Of a stretch of 27,761 bases of DNA, positions 9,136-18,895 are shown in pieces (position 1 is the first letter of the stretch; every line of letters starts with the position of its first letter). Both the position numbers and the translations under genes were made by a program. This stretch comes from Longimicrobiales bacterium (GTDB lineage Bacteria; Gemmatimonadota; Gemmatimonadetes; Longimicrobiales; Gaopeijiaceae): positions 1-27,761 of the forward strand of contig CBDANQ010000044.1 in NCBI GenBank assembly GCA_965197725.1. The letters are read 5' to 3'. The notes under the pieces were generated by a model that was given only the letters and a program-made list of their open reading frames with translations, was not told the origin of the DNA and made no database searches.

Positions 9136-9492
9136 GTGATCAAAGGCGTCCATACGACGTTCTACTCGTCCCAGGCCGATGAGTTCAGGGCGTTCATACG
9201 GGACAAGCTCGGTTTCTCGTTCACCGACGTCGGCGACGGCTGGCTGATCTTCGACCTGCCCGAGGCCGACATGGGATGTCACCCCGCAGAGAACAAACCT
9301 GGCGGGTCCTCCGGTACTCATGCCGTCTCCTTCTATTGCGATGACATTGAGACGACGGTTGCGGAGCTGAGCGCCCGAGGCGTCGAGTTCACAGACGAGA
9401 TTACCGACGCCGGCTACGGTCTGGTGACGCACTTCAAGGTGCCGGGCGACTTCGCCCTCCAGCTGTACCAGCCCCACTACGGCAAGGGCTGA
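9136..9492 (+). CDS. VOC/glyoxalase (extradiol dioxygenase-like) family protein
   Basis: GTG start after SD AAGGAG. Sequence AFIRDKLGF..DVGDGWLIF...SFYCDDIETTVAELSARGVEF...GYG...LQLYQP. Confidence 0.85.
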   Translation: MIKGVHTTFYSSQADEFRAFIRDKLGFSFTDVGDGWLIFDLPEADMGCHPAENKPGGSSGTHAVSFYCDDIETTVAELSARGVEFTDEITDAGYGLVTHFKVPGDFALQLYQPHYGKG

Positions 9493-9524
9493 CCCAACCC
9501 GCGCGGCCGTCGCGCCTCTGACTA

Positions 9525-10040
9525 CTAGTTCACGGGTCTGTCGTCGCTCAGCCATCCGGCCGGATCGACCCACCACCGCTCGCCGTAGGGCTTCGGCTTC
9601 GGCCACACTTCGTCGAGCGTGTCCCCATCGTACACGACGCCTCCCTGCACCACGTATCGGATGTCCGTCGTATTCCGGATGTCGTCCAGCGGATTGGAGT
9701 TCAGCACGACGAGGTCCGCGAGCTTGCCGACGGCGATCGAGCCCAGATCATCCTCGGCCCCGAGGAAGCGCACCCCCTGGACGGTGGCGACCTCGAGCGC
9801 GCCCAACGGACCCGTCGCCGACGCGGCCATCCAGATCTCCCAGTGCGACCCGATGCCGTGCATCTGTCCGTGTGAGCCGATGGCGCCACTGCCCCCTTCG
9901 GCGATCACGTCCGCCATGCCTTGGGCGACGAGCGGGAAGCTGTAATCGGTCACCGGCCTCAGAACTCGACGGCGCGTGTGAGGAATCACTTGCCGCCACG
10001 GCATCCACGTCTGCTGCTTCTCGTCCTCCCAGACGTTGGA
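9525..10040 (-). pseudogene. C-terminal fragment of an amidohydrolase-family protein
   Basis: IGSHGQ..GIGSHWE, ALEVAT..G, GSIAVGKLADLVVLNSNPLDDIRNT. The N-terminal metal-binding region is absent and the frame closes at 10107-10109. Confidence 0.8.
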
Positions 10041-10108
10041 CCATCCGACGACGTTTGGGGAAGCACCCAGAGTCGTGCGGCCGATGGTCGCAGCGCGTCG
10101 CGTTGCCT

Positions 10109-10822
10109 ATGATGGCGGTTCTGTTGGTTCCGAGGCCCTTACCCCCGCGACGAATGGCCATTTTCGCATCGTTGACCGTTTGGCTGAGCGCCCTCGTCGT
10201 CGCGCCCGGGGCAAGCGTACCCGGCTCCGAACCCGTGCAGGTGGTCGTGCGTACGAGCCTTGGCGACATCGTGCTCAGCATCGACCAGGATCGCGCCCCG
10301 ATCACGGCGGCGAACTTCCTTCGATACGTCGACGCGGGCCTGTACGACGGCGGCACCTTCTACCGCACGGTGACGCAGGACAACCAGCCGAACGACAGCA
10401 TCCGTATCGCGGTCATCCAGGGCGGCGTAGACAGGGAGAAAAGGGATCAGCTTTCCGATCCGATCCGCATGGAGGGAACCGACGAGACGGGTCTCAAGCA
10501 CCTGGACGGCACCATCTCGATGGCACGCGGCGCTCCGGACTCGGCCCGCGGGGAGTTCTTTATTTGCGTCGGCGCGCAGCCGGAGCTCGACGAGGGAGGA
10601 CGGCGGAACCCGGACGGACGGGGGTTCGCCGCCTTCGGAAGCGTCCTTGAAGGAATGGACGTGGTCCAGCTCATCCACCGACAGCCGGTGGACGCCCAGA
10701 CGCTCGAGCCACCGATACGGATCCTGACCGTCTCGCGGGCCTCGCCCAATCGGTTCGAGAGGTCGCGTCGGCATGGGGCGATCGCTGGACGAGAGTCCGT
10801 TGTGGGACGCGCGGCGAGCTGA
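10109..10822 (+). CDS. Cyclophilin-type peptidyl-prolyl cis-trans isomerase with signal peptide (start uncertain)
   Basis: TSLGDI..APITAANFLRYV..GLYDGGTFYR, IQGG, HLDGTISMAR, FFIC and GFAAFGSVLEGMDVV motifs, after a hydrophobic leader. Confidence 0.9.
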   Translation: MMAVLLVPRPLPPRRMAIFASLTVWLSALVVAPGASVPGSEPVQVVVRTSLGDIVLSIDQDRAPITAANFLRYVDAGLYDGGTFYRTVTQDNQPNDSIRIAVIQGGVDREKRDQLSDPIRMEGTDETGLKHLDGTISMARGAPDSARGEFFICVGAQPELDEGGRRNPDGRGFAAFGSVLEGMDVVQLIHRQPVDAQTLEPPIRILTVSRASPNRFERSRRHGAIAGRESVVGRAAS

Positions 10823-10846
10823 TCCCCGGCCGGGCGCACCTGCTCA

Positions 10847-11806
10847 ATGACACTCGCTGCCAACCCCATCGAGCGGTTCGTGCGGCACCAGGGAGTGATG
10901 GTGCTCGACGGCGGGATCGCGACCACGCTCGAGTCGCTCGGGCACGACCTCGACGACCCGCTCTGGTCGGCCCGTGTCCTCTTGGACGCACCAGAAGAGA
11001 TCGCGCGGGTGCACACCGAGTTCCTCGAGGCCGGTACCGACTGCATCGCAACGTCCACCTATCAGGCGACCCTGCCCGGTTTCCGGAATCGCGGACTGGA
11101 CCAAGATGAGAGCGTCGCCCTGCTGCGTTTCTCCGTCGGGCTCGCCATCGACGCTCGCGACGCCTTCTGGAAGACCCACGGTCACCGCTCTCCGCGACGC
11201 CTGAGGCCTATCGTGGCGGCCAGCGTCGGTCCGTATGGCGCCTTTCTCGCGGACGGGTCGGAGTACACGGGGAACTACGGGCTGGACGAGGACGCGCTGT
11301 ACGACTTCCACCGGGAACGGTGGGCAGTGCTGGCCGCCTCCGGGAACGATCTCCTGGCGTGCGAGACGATCCCTTCCGCGCCTGAGGCTCGCGTACTCCT
11401 TCGTCTTCTCGACGAAACGCCGGGCCAGTGGGCATGGATCAGCTTCAGCTGCCGAGACGACGGCCACTTGAGCGACGGAACTCCCCTGGTGGACGCGGCT
11501 CGAGAATGCGATGCCGTGGCTGGGGTTGCCGGCGTCGGAGTCAACTGCGTGTCGCCCGACCTGATCGCGTCGCTCGTCTCCGCGATCCGTGAGGGGACCG
11601 GGAAGCCCGTCGTCGTTTATGCCAACTCGGGAGAGCGGTACAATCCGGCCGGGAAGACCTGGCATAGCGAGCGGACAGAATCGAGCTGGCTGGCGAGCTC
11701 GCTCGAATGCGTGGCGCTGGGCGTTGCGAGCATCGGAGGCTGTTGCCGGATCGGCCCTGATGACATCAGGGCTCTCCGGAGCCAGCTCGCGGCAAGCTCC
11801 GCTTGA
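10847..11806 (+). CDS. mmuM: Homocysteine S-methyltransferase
   Basis: LDGG, LWSA, SVGPYGAFLADGSEYTG, ACETIP, GVNC and IGGCCR zinc-binding motifs. Confidence 0.92.
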   Translation: MTLAANPIERFVRHQGVMVLDGGIATTLESLGHDLDDPLWSARVLLDAPEEIARVHTEFLEAGTDCIATSTYQATLPGFRNRGLDQDESVALLRFSVGLAIDARDAFWKTHGHRSPRRLRPIVAASVGPYGAFLADGSEYTGNYGLDEDALYDFHRERWAVLAASGNDLLACETIPSAPEARVLLRLLDETPGQWAWISFSCRDDGHLSDGTPLVDAARECDAVAGVAGVGVNCVSPDLIASLVSAIREGTGKPVVVYANSGERYNPAGKTWHSERTESSWLASSLECVALGVASIGGCCRIGPDDIRALRSQLAASSA

Positions 11807-11894
11807 TCGGCATCGTCAATCGGAGCTCGCGGACACATCGATGCGAGGGGGGGCAACGCCCCCAGTGCCGGATCAGCGTGACAAGCGCCTTGAA

Positions 11895-12935
11895 CTAGAC
11901 GTTGAAGCGCACGTGCATGATCTCGCCGTCGTCGACGATGTAGTCCTTCCCCTCGACCTGTAGCCGGCCCGCCTCCTTCACGGCTGCCTCGGACCCATAC
12001 TCCATGAAGACATCGTAGGGGATGACCTCGGCGCGGATGAAGCCGCGCTCCAGGTCCGAGTGGATGCGCCCGGCGGCCCGGCGCGCGTTGGTCCCCCGGC
12101 GGATCGTCCAGGCGCGCACCTCGTCCTTGCTCACCGTGAAGAAGGACACGAGGTCGACGAGCTCATACGCCGTTCTGATGAAGCGCGCCAAGGCCGGCTC
12201 GGACAGGCCCATGTCCTCCAGGAACTCCGCTTGCTCATCGTGTTCGAGGGCGGCGATGTCGGCTTCGACACCTGCCGAGAGCGTCAATCCAGCCGCTTGG
12301 ATCTCGGACAGCCGTCGAGACAGATCCTCCGGCATCGGGCTCGCGGCCGAAGTCTCTTCGAGGTTGAGGGCCACCAGCAAGGGCTTGTCCGTGAGCAGCG
12401 AGTAGCCGCGCACGAGGGACCGATTGAGCTCGGTAGCGGAAAGGGAGCGAACGGGACGTTCGGCCTCGAGGGTTTCCTTGATCAGCGCGAACGCAGCCAC
12501 TTCCTGTGCCTCGGCACCCTCCTTCCGCGCCCGCTCCAGTCTGCGCTCCGTGATGTCCAGGTCCGCCAACACGCATTCGGCGTGAAAGGCTTCGAGGTCG
12601 GCGGCAGGGTCGGGAGCCCCCTCGAGCGCTGGGTTCGCGAAGCCGCGCAGCACGAGGCAGAGCGCTTCCTGATCCCGAATCTGCTGCAATCCGGCGGGAG
12701 ATAGGCCCCGCTTCTCGGACCCGTGCTCGCCGGGCAAATCGCAGAAGCTCATCTCGGCGTAGGTCGTCTTCTTGGGCCGATAGATGCGGGAGAGCTCGTC
12801 GACTCGTGGATCGGGCACTCTGACCATGCCCAAGCGAACGTCCCCCCCGTACCCGACCGGCGCGTCCTGGCCGGTCATGGTGTTGAAGACGGTAGTCTTT
12901 CCCGAGCCCGCGAACCCTACGAGCCCGACCTTCAT
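11895..12935 (-). CDS. ychF: YchF/Obg-family ribosome-binding ATPase (YchF-like, DUF933 C-terminus)
   Basis: P-loop GFAGSGKT, VPDPR, DLPG, FFTV..EVRAWTI, AGRIHSDLERGFIRAEV, EGKDYIV.DG..HVRFNV. The divergent P-loop suggests a paralog. Confidence 0.85.
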   Translation of the reverse strand: MKVGLVGFAGSGKTTVFNTMTGQDAPVGYGGDVRLGMVRVPDPRVDELSRIYRPKKTTYAEMSFCDLPGEHGSEKRGLSPAGLQQIRDQEALCLVLRGFANPALEGAPDPAADLEAFHAECVLADLDITERRLERARKEGAEAQEVAAFALIKETLEAERPVRSLSATELNRSLVRGYSLLTDKPLLVALNLEETSAASPMPEDLSRRLSEIQAAGLTLSAGVEADIAALEHDEQAEFLEDMGLSEPALARFIRTAYELVDLVSFFTVSKDEVRAWTIRRGTNARRAAGRIHSDLERGFIRAEVIPYDVFMEYGSEAAVKEAGRLQVEGKDYIVDDGEIMHVRFNV

Positions 12936-13221
12936 CCAGCCTCGTCACTCATGCTTAGCGTTCCTCTTCGCCGTGTCCAGAGAGCTTCCGACACCCCACC
13001 GATCCGGTCTGGGCCGGCACACTTTAGGGTTCGCCGCGCGAAGCATCAATGCGATGGCGAGCAAAGCCGGGCCACCGCGAAGTTGCAGTCGGACTCTTCG
13101 GGATCGGAGGTCTCCCTCGTGCATCTCCTTCCGGAGGCGTCGCTTGCGGGCTTTGCCGCGATCCTGTCAGGTTGATCGCCCCGTGATCACCGAACGACCA
13201 CCTCCGTCGAAGGAGTGAGCG

Positions 13222-13662
13222 ATGCAGCCCGAGATCTCTGTCAACTACCTCGCTGTCGCGGTATGCGTTCTCGTCGCGATGCCCGTCGGGTTTCTGTGGT
13301 TCGGCCCCCTCTTCGGTAAGGCGTGGGCCAAGCATATGGGCATGGAAGACATGGAGCAGCCCGATGGTGCGGCCATGAGCACGTCGATGGTCATTTACGC
13401 GCTGGGGTCGCTTCTGATCGCGGTGGTCCTCGCAAATACGATGGGGGCCTTTCGTCCGTCCTCCTGGAATGTCGGGCAGGACCAGGCCGGGTGGGTGTAT
13501 GGCCTCAACGGCGCCTTCTGGACCTGGTTGGGCTTTTTCCTTCCCCTGCAGATGGGTCGCGTCGCTTGGGAGCAGAAGGGTTGGGGACTCGTGGCGATCA
13601 ACTCGAGCTTCGATCTCACCCGACTCCTCCTCTTCGGGATGATCCTCGGGTATTGGACGTGA
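13222..13662 (+). CDS. DUF1761-family membrane protein
   Basis: INYLAV-like start, GFLWFGPLFGKAW, four hydrophobic segments, SD AAGGAG. Confidence 0.8.
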   Translation: MQPEISVNYLAVAVCVLVAMPVGFLWFGPLFGKAWAKHMGMEDMEQPDGAAMSTSMVIYALGSLLIAVVLANTMGAFRPSSWNVGQDQAGWVYGLNGAFWTWLGFFLPLQMGRVAWEQKGWGLVAINSSFDLTRLLLFGMILGYWT

Positions 13663-13675
13663 GGATGGTCGCGCC

Positions 13676-14194
13676 ATGCGCGTGGAGTTGACGAAGCGAA
13701 CCGACGGCGGCGCCGTGCTGAAGTGTGTCCGGGGCGACGGCACCAGCACGTGGCAGCGGCACGAAGGGGCTCAGGCCGGCTTCTTCCCGTTCCACGACCT
13801 AACCCACTATGCCGTAGAGACCAGGTTGCGATTCAGGGATGGCTTCTTCGGCCTGGTCGCGGCCGGCTGGGACATCGCCGATGCGACCGGAAAAGGCACG
13901 CGCGGACCGCTCGGGGATGAAGCAGTGGCGGTGGAGCACCTCGTTGGCCTGATCGACCTCGAGCGCTCCGGGGGAGCGAAGCTCGACGCCCGAGATCTCA
14001 ACGCCGAAGCCACGCGCTTCGCTGTTGCTGGTGGGCGACAGCCACCAGCGCCCCTGACCGACGAGGACCTCGACCGCGTTCGCGGCTGTGTCTGCTCGCT
14101 GTACGCCCGCTGGGTGGCCGTCGTCCCCGGCTCTACCCTCGTGCTCGACTTCGACCCTTCCCAACCGACGGCATTGGCCGAGCCGGACTTGTGA
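13676..14194 (+). CDS. Conserved hypothetical protein (PxHDLxHYAVE motif)
   Basis: Co-oriented with neighbours and overlapping the next gene (GTGA). Contains HDLTHYAVE...GFFGLVAAGW. Confidence 0.65.
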   Translation: MRVELTKRTDGGAVLKCVRGDGTSTWQRHEGAQAGFFPFHDLTHYAVETRLRFRDGFFGLVAAGWDIADATGKGTRGPLGDEAVAVEHLVGLIDLERSGGAKLDARDLNAEATRFAVAGGRQPPAPLTDEDLDRVRGCVCSLYARWVAVVPGSTLVLDFDPSQPTALAEPDL

Positions 14195-14784
14195 CGGAGT
14201 TCACATCGCTGTTGCACGAGGTCTTGGCGTGCCGGATCTGCGAGGCCGAGCTGCCGGCTGGGCCGCGCCCGGTCCTCCAGGTCCATCCTGCAGCGCGAAT
14301 CCTCATCGCCGGCCAGGCACCTGGCAGAAGAGTCCACGAGTCGGGCGTTCCCTTCGACGACCCGAGTGGAGATCGGCTTCGCGAGTGGCTCGGGATCGGT
14401 CGGGAGGTGTTCTACGACGCGCGTGCTATCGCCATTCTGCCCATGGGGTTCTGCTATCCGGGGACGGGCAAGTCCGGCGATCTCCCGCCCCGGCCCGAAT
14501 GCGCTCCGGCCTGGCGACGCCCACTGCTCGACCAGCTCGCGAACGTCCAGCTGACTCTGGTGCTTGGCCGCTACGCCCAAGCATATCACATGAGCCTGGG
14601 TCGCCAATCCCTGACCGAAACCGTGCGAAGCTGGCGAGACTTCTGGCCCTCGACGCTCCCGCTTCCTCACCCGAGTCCGAGGAACCAGGGGTGGTTCAAG
14701 CGGCATCCATGGTTCGAGGAGGAAGTGCTTCCCACGCTGCGGGAACGTGTGTCCGCGCTGCTGGCTACACCGGACGCGGGCTGA
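14191..14784 (+). CDS. Uracil-DNA glycosylase superfamily protein
   Basis: CxxC, LIAGQAPG, PFDDPSGDRLREWLG, GFCYPG, DLPPRPEC and LPHPSPRN motifs. Confidence 0.9.
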   Translation: MTEFTSLLHEVLACRICEAELPAGPRPVLQVHPAARILIAGQAPGRRVHESGVPFDDPSGDRLREWLGIGREVFYDARAIAILPMGFCYPGTGKSGDLPPRPECAPAWRRPLLDQLANVQLTLVLGRYAQAYHMSLGRQSLTETVRSWRDFWPSTLPLPHPSPRNQGWFKRHPWFEEEVLPTLRERVSALLATPDAG

Positions 14785-14813
14785 TCGCAGCGCCGAACGA
14801 GCGTTGATCGGTT

Positions 14814-15875
14814 GGTGGAGGCGGGAGTACGGCGGGATGAAGGTGAGCCAGGCACGGCGCCTGAAGGAGCTCGAGCGCGAGAACGGGCGCCTGAAGCGAG
14901 CAGTGGCGGACTTGACACTGGACAAGCTGATCCTGGAGGAAGCGGCCAGGGGAAACTTCTGAGCCCCGAGCGCCGACGACGTTGTGTGGTGCGTGTACGT
15001 CAGCAGCTCGGGGCGTCGGAGAGGAGAGCGTGCCGGGTGCTCGGGCAGCCACGCACGACCCAGCGCCGGGCGAGGAAAGTGGCGAGTGACGAGGGGGCGC
15101 TCCGAGGTGATATCGTGCGACTCGCGAGTCGATTCGGCCGCTATGGCTACCGACGCGTCACGGACATGCTCCGCATCGAGGGCTGGGGGGTGAAGCACAA
15201 GCGGGTGGAGCGGATCTGGAGGCAGGAGGGGCTGAAGGTTCCGGAGCGGCAGCCGAAGAGAGGTCGGCTGTGGCTCAACGACGGATCGTGCATCCGGCTG
15301 AGGCCGCTGTATCGGGGCCACGTCTGGTCGTACGACTTCGTGGCCTCGAGGACGCACGACGGGCGTGCGCTGAAGCTGCTGACAGTGCTGGACGAGCACA
15401 CGAGGGAGTGCCTGGCGATCGTGGTGGCTCGCAAGATCCGCTCGCACGACGTGCTCGAGGTGCTGGCCGATCTGTTCGTCCGACACGGGCCTCCCGAGTA
15501 TCTGAGGTCGGACAACGGACTGGAGTTCACCGCGAAGCTCGTGCGGTGGTGGTTGGGGCGCGTGGGCGTCGAGATGCTCTTTATCGAGCCGGGCAGCCCG
15601 TGGGAGAACGGCTACAACGAGAGCTTCAACGGCAAGCTCAGGGACGAGCTGTTGAACGGGGAGATCTTCTACTCGTTGGCGGAGGCGGCCGTGCTGGTCG
15701 AGCAATAGAGGCGCGAGTACAATACCGTTCGACCCCACAGCGCCTGCGGCGGCTTTCCCCCGGCCCCTGAGGCGATTAAGCCGTCGCCCTGGTTCCTGAG
15801 GATGCCCGTCCTTCACGGCCCTCCACAGGTGCTGGGACTAACATAGGATGTGGTACCACTCTTGGGGGCAGGTCA
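14814..15875 (+). mobile_element. IS3-family element, 5'-truncated and inactive copy
   Basis: Matches 22559-23620 and lacks the first 208 bp including the left IR. It has TGG>TAG at 15706-15708 and Pro>Leu at 15521. The right end is ...GGGGGCAGGTCA. Confidence 0.93.
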
Positions 15876-15904
15876 CTCCGGCGCGGCCCGGTCGCTATCG
15901 ACCT

Positions 15905-15994
15905 GCTACGGCTCTGCTGGCTACGGCTCTGCTGGCTACGGCTCTGCTGGCTACGGCTCTGCTGGCTACGGCTCTGCTGGCTACGGCTCTGCTC
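15905..15994. repeat. Tandem repeat, 6 x 15 bp (GCTACGGCTCTGCTG)
   Basis: Five perfect units plus one with a final mismatch, lying between the IS3 end and the deaminase stop. Confidence 0.95.
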
Positions 15995-16033
15995 GCTCCC
16001 GCTCGACTCGCGCGGACCACACCTGTGCGGGCT

Positions 16034-16603
16034 TTACCCGTTATAGACGATGCCCCCCTTCTCGGCGTAAAGATCCATCACAGCGGCTGCTTCCTCGCGC
16101 CGGACGCCCCTCACGAACTCGATGCCGCGCTCTGCCATGTACCCGTGGGACCGCTGGAAAACGGGGCCCTCATCGAAGGAGATGGCCTTCGCGTCCTTGT
16201 GGCTCGCCGAGCACAAGACGCGCTCGACACCGGACCACAGGACGGCGGCAAGGCACATCGCGCATGGGTCACACGAGGTGGCCAGCTCGTGGACCGGCCT
16301 CCCGTCACCGGCCAATGTGTAAGTGCCGAGCTTGGCCTCGGCCATCATGAACGCAACGACCTCGGCGTGCAGGATCGAGTTGTTGCGGGGCACCACGAGG
16401 TTCATCCCCACGGCCACGAGCGCGCCCGACTCCCGCTCGAACACGGCGGCCCCGAACGGACCGCCGGTTCGGTGCGTTACGTTTTGGCGGGCGAGATCGA
16501 TGGCCAGCCCGATCTTGTCGTCGTCGCTCTCGTAACGAAGCTCGAAGTCGACGTGCCCCCTTACCCACTCGGGGTACTCGATGTGGATGGACGGGAGCCC
16601 CAT
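16034..16603 (-). CDS. Nucleoside/nucleobase deaminase (cytidine deaminase superfamily, guanine deaminase-like)
   Basis: GGPFGAAV, HAE, SCDPCAMC and FDEG motifs. Confidence 0.9.
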   Translation of the reverse strand: MGLPSIHIEYPEWVRGHVDFELRYESDDDKIGLAIDLARQNVTHRTGGPFGAAVFERESGALVAVGMNLVVPRNNSILHAEVVAFMMAEAKLGTYTLAGDGRPVHELATSCDPCAMCLAAVLWSGVERVLCSASHKDAKAISFDEGPVFQRSHGYMAERGIEFVRGVRREEAAAVMDLYAEKGGIVYNG

Positions 16604-16606
16604 CGG

Positions 16607-17014
16607 CTATTCGATCGCCGGCGGAAGAACGAGAGTCCGCCACGAGACCTGCCAGCGACCGTCCGTCCTCTGAAGCACGAGTATCTCCGAGCCCGTCTCT
16701 TCATACCTTACGCCGGCCAGCTCGTAGTCGGTCTTCCACTGGTAGGTGACCACCGCGACGTCACCGATGACGTCGACCCGAGCATGAGTTGGCTCGAAGG
16801 CGTGAACGGTGGCCTGATTCAAGAACTCGGCGTAACTGCCCACGATGGCCTCTCGCCCCTGCGCCCGCTCGACGAGGCCCGGCATCGCCATGACGACGTG
16901 TTCGTGGAAGAAGGGCTTGAGGTCTTGGGGGCGCCCTTCGAGCCAACACGCGTTCAGGGCTTGGACCGTTTGCCAGATCTCTTCGGCTAGTCGTGAATCG
17001 AAAGCAGCGGACAC
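16607..17014 (-). CDS. NTF2-like (SnoaL/DUF4440) protein
   Basis: GREAIV..Y, VIGDVAVVTY and DGRWQV patterns; tightly packed in the operon. Confidence 0.8.
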   Translation of the reverse strand: MSAAFDSRLAEEIWQTVQALNACWLEGRPQDLKPFFHEHVVMAMPGLVERAQGREAIVGSYAEFLNQATVHAFEPTHARVDVIGDVAVVTYQWKTDYELAGVRYEETGSEILVLQRTDGRWQVSWRTLVLPPAIE

Positions 17015-17023
17015 GGCAGTCCT

Positions 17024-18052
17024 CTACGCATGGATAGCGTCCATGAGCACCTCGCTGTACGCAAACAACGCGGGTGTGCCACCGGTATGGAGAAACACGA
17101 CGTTCGAGCCCGGTCCGAGGACGCCGGATCCGATCAGTCCTATGAGGCCGGCGAAGACCTTGCCGGTGTAGACCGGATCGAGCACGAGACCCTCTGTACG
17201 AGCGCCGAGCTCGAGCGCCTCGAGCGTGTCACCCGACGGGTGTCCGTACCCAGGGGCCAGGTAGTCGTCCACGGTGAGGATATCCGCCTCCTCGACGAGG
17301 GGATCCATCTCGAGGAGCTCGGCAGTCCGGGTGGCCCATTCGAGGACGCGCGTCGCTTGTGCCGCTCGGTTCCGCCGCACGCAGATGCCGTATATGGCGA
17401 CGTCCTTCCGGCCCATGCGCCTCAAACCGACCAGGATGCCCGCGTGCGTCGTCGCGCTCCCGCTGGCCAACACGATCGCGTCGAGGTCGATGTCGGCGGC
17501 CTCCGTCTGTGCGAGGAGCTCGTCTGCCGCTTCCACGTAGCCGAGCGCTCCGAGCGGCGGATGGGCGGCAGACGACGGAATCACATAGGGTCGGCCGCCC
17601 TCGCCGCGCACCCGGTCCGCGATCGCCTGGAGGGACGCGTCGGCGCCCCGCTCGTCCTCCCCGTCCGGATAGGAGTGTACCGTGGCTCCGAACAGATGGT
17701 CGAGAAGCACGTTGCCTGATCTGCGATATTCCGACCCCATTCCTGCGACCCGCTCCTCCAACTGCACCTCGCATCTCAAGCCCAGCTTCGCCGCCGCCGC
17801 CGCCGTGCTGCGCACGAGATTCGACTGGACCGCCCCGGAGATGATCACGGTCGTCGCGCCGCGCGCCACGGCGTCGCCGAAGTAGAACTCCAGCTGGCGG
17901 GCCTTGTTGCCGCCCAGGGCGAGACCCGTGCAGTCGTCACGCTTCACATAGAGATCGGGACCGCCCAGGGTGCGCGTGAGGTTCGGCATCGCCTCGAGGG
18001 GGGTTGGACGATGCGCGAGTTGAACGCGAGGAAAGTCGGAGAGGTTCTTCAT
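17024..18052 (-). CDS. D-cysteine desulfhydrase / ACC deaminase family PLP enzyme
   Basis: PTPL, YVKRDD, GGNKARQLE, QSNLVR, GSATTHAG, LDPVYTGK and FLHTGG motifs. Confidence 0.9.
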   Translation of the reverse strand: MKNLSDFPRVQLAHRPTPLEAMPNLTRTLGGPDLYVKRDDCTGLALGGNKARQLEFYFGDAVARGATTVIISGAVQSNLVRSTAAAAAKLGLRCEVQLEERVAGMGSEYRRSGNVLLDHLFGATVHSYPDGEDERGADASLQAIADRVRGEGGRPYVIPSSAAHPPLGALGYVEAADELLAQTEAADIDLDAIVLASGSATTHAGILVGLRRMGRKDVAIYGICVRRNRAAQATRVLEWATRTAELLEMDPLVEEADILTVDDYLAPGYGHPSGDTLEALELGARTEGLVLDPVYTGKVFAGLIGLIGSGVLGPGSNVVFLHTGGTPALFAYSEVLMDAIHA

Positions 18053-18056
18053 CCAG

Positions 18057-18818
18057 TCAACTCGACAAGGTGGTTACGAGAACGTAGGCGGCGGCCACGG
18101 CGATCAACAGCAGCACGATGGTCCGGAAGCCGCGCTCGGGCACGTGTGGCGCGGCCCTGTGGCCGACCACGGCTCCAACGGCGGCCAACGGGACCAGGAC
18201 GACTGCCGCCTCCCACACACGTCTCTCGAATCCCGTCGTCGCGGCCATCAGCATCGCGGTGATCCCGTACGCGAATACGAAGAAGCACAGCGCGGAGGCG
18301 CGCAGGGCGTTCTTGTCGGAGCGAAGCGCAGTGAGGTAGAGGACCAACGGAGGGCCGGCCATGCCGATGGAGGACGTCATGGCCCCCGCCAGGAATCCCG
18401 TGGCGACCGCGGACCGCGACCGGAATTCGAGGGGGGAACCTGCCGTCTCGGAACGCGACTGGATCCCAAGCACTACCGCCGAAGCCAGGATCGCCACCGC
18501 GATCGCGAGCCGCATCGTCTCGAGTCCGGCGCTCACGAAGCCCAGCAGACCCACCGGAAATCCGACGAGAGAGCCTAGGAGGAGTCGGCCTAACAAGCCT
18601 CTCGGAGCGTGTCGCCACAATCGAGCAACGAGCACGAGGGAGATGGCCAACGAGATGAGGACCAGTAGCTGTACGGCGTCGCGAGGTCCAAGAACCAGGA
18701 GAAAGAGGGACAGCGCCAAGAGTGAGAAGCCGAAACCGGCGAGCCCTTGGACGGCGGCGGCCAGAAGCGTAGCGATGGAGAGTTGAAGCCACGCGGTCGA
18801 TGTGAGGTCGGCGAGGAT
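18057..18818 (-). CDS. Sulfite exporter TauE/SafE family protein (apparent ATC start)
   Basis: AAAVQGLAGFGFSL lies upstream of the listed TTG. Also GMAGPPLVLYL and about 8 TM segments. SD GGAGG precedes an ATC at 18816-18818. Confidence 0.8.
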   Translation of the reverse strand: MLADLTSTAWLQLSIATLLAAAVQGLAGFGFSLLALSLFLLVLGPRDAVQLLVLISLAISLVLVARLWRHAPRGLLGRLLLGSLVGFPVGLLGFVSAGLETMRLAIAVAILASAVVLGIQSRSETAGSPLEFRSRSAVATGFLAGAMTSSIGMAGPPLVLYLTALRSDKNALRASALCFFVFAYGITAMLMAATTGFERRVWEAAVVLVPLAAVGAVVGHRAAPHVPERGFRTIVLLLIAVAAAYVLVTTLSS

Positions 18819-18895
18819 CCGGCTCCTCCGGGAAGTGAGCGCGCGTCAGGGTAAGGGCTTCTGTGAGGCCGCGAAAGCGTACGCCTGGTCAGCGT

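Noticed and set aside
11847..11863. Terminator between convergent mmuM and ychF
   Set aside because: Only a short GGGGGC-AAC-GCCCCC hairpin without a U-tract, which is too weak to call.
15905..15994. CRISPR array
   Set aside because: Contiguous 15-bp units with no spacers and no cas genes.
13807..16990. Long ORFs 13807-15816 (-) and 15848-16990 (+)
   Set aside because: Antisense shadows of IS3, UDG, the deaminase and NTF2 genes in GC-rich DNA, with no recognisable motifs.
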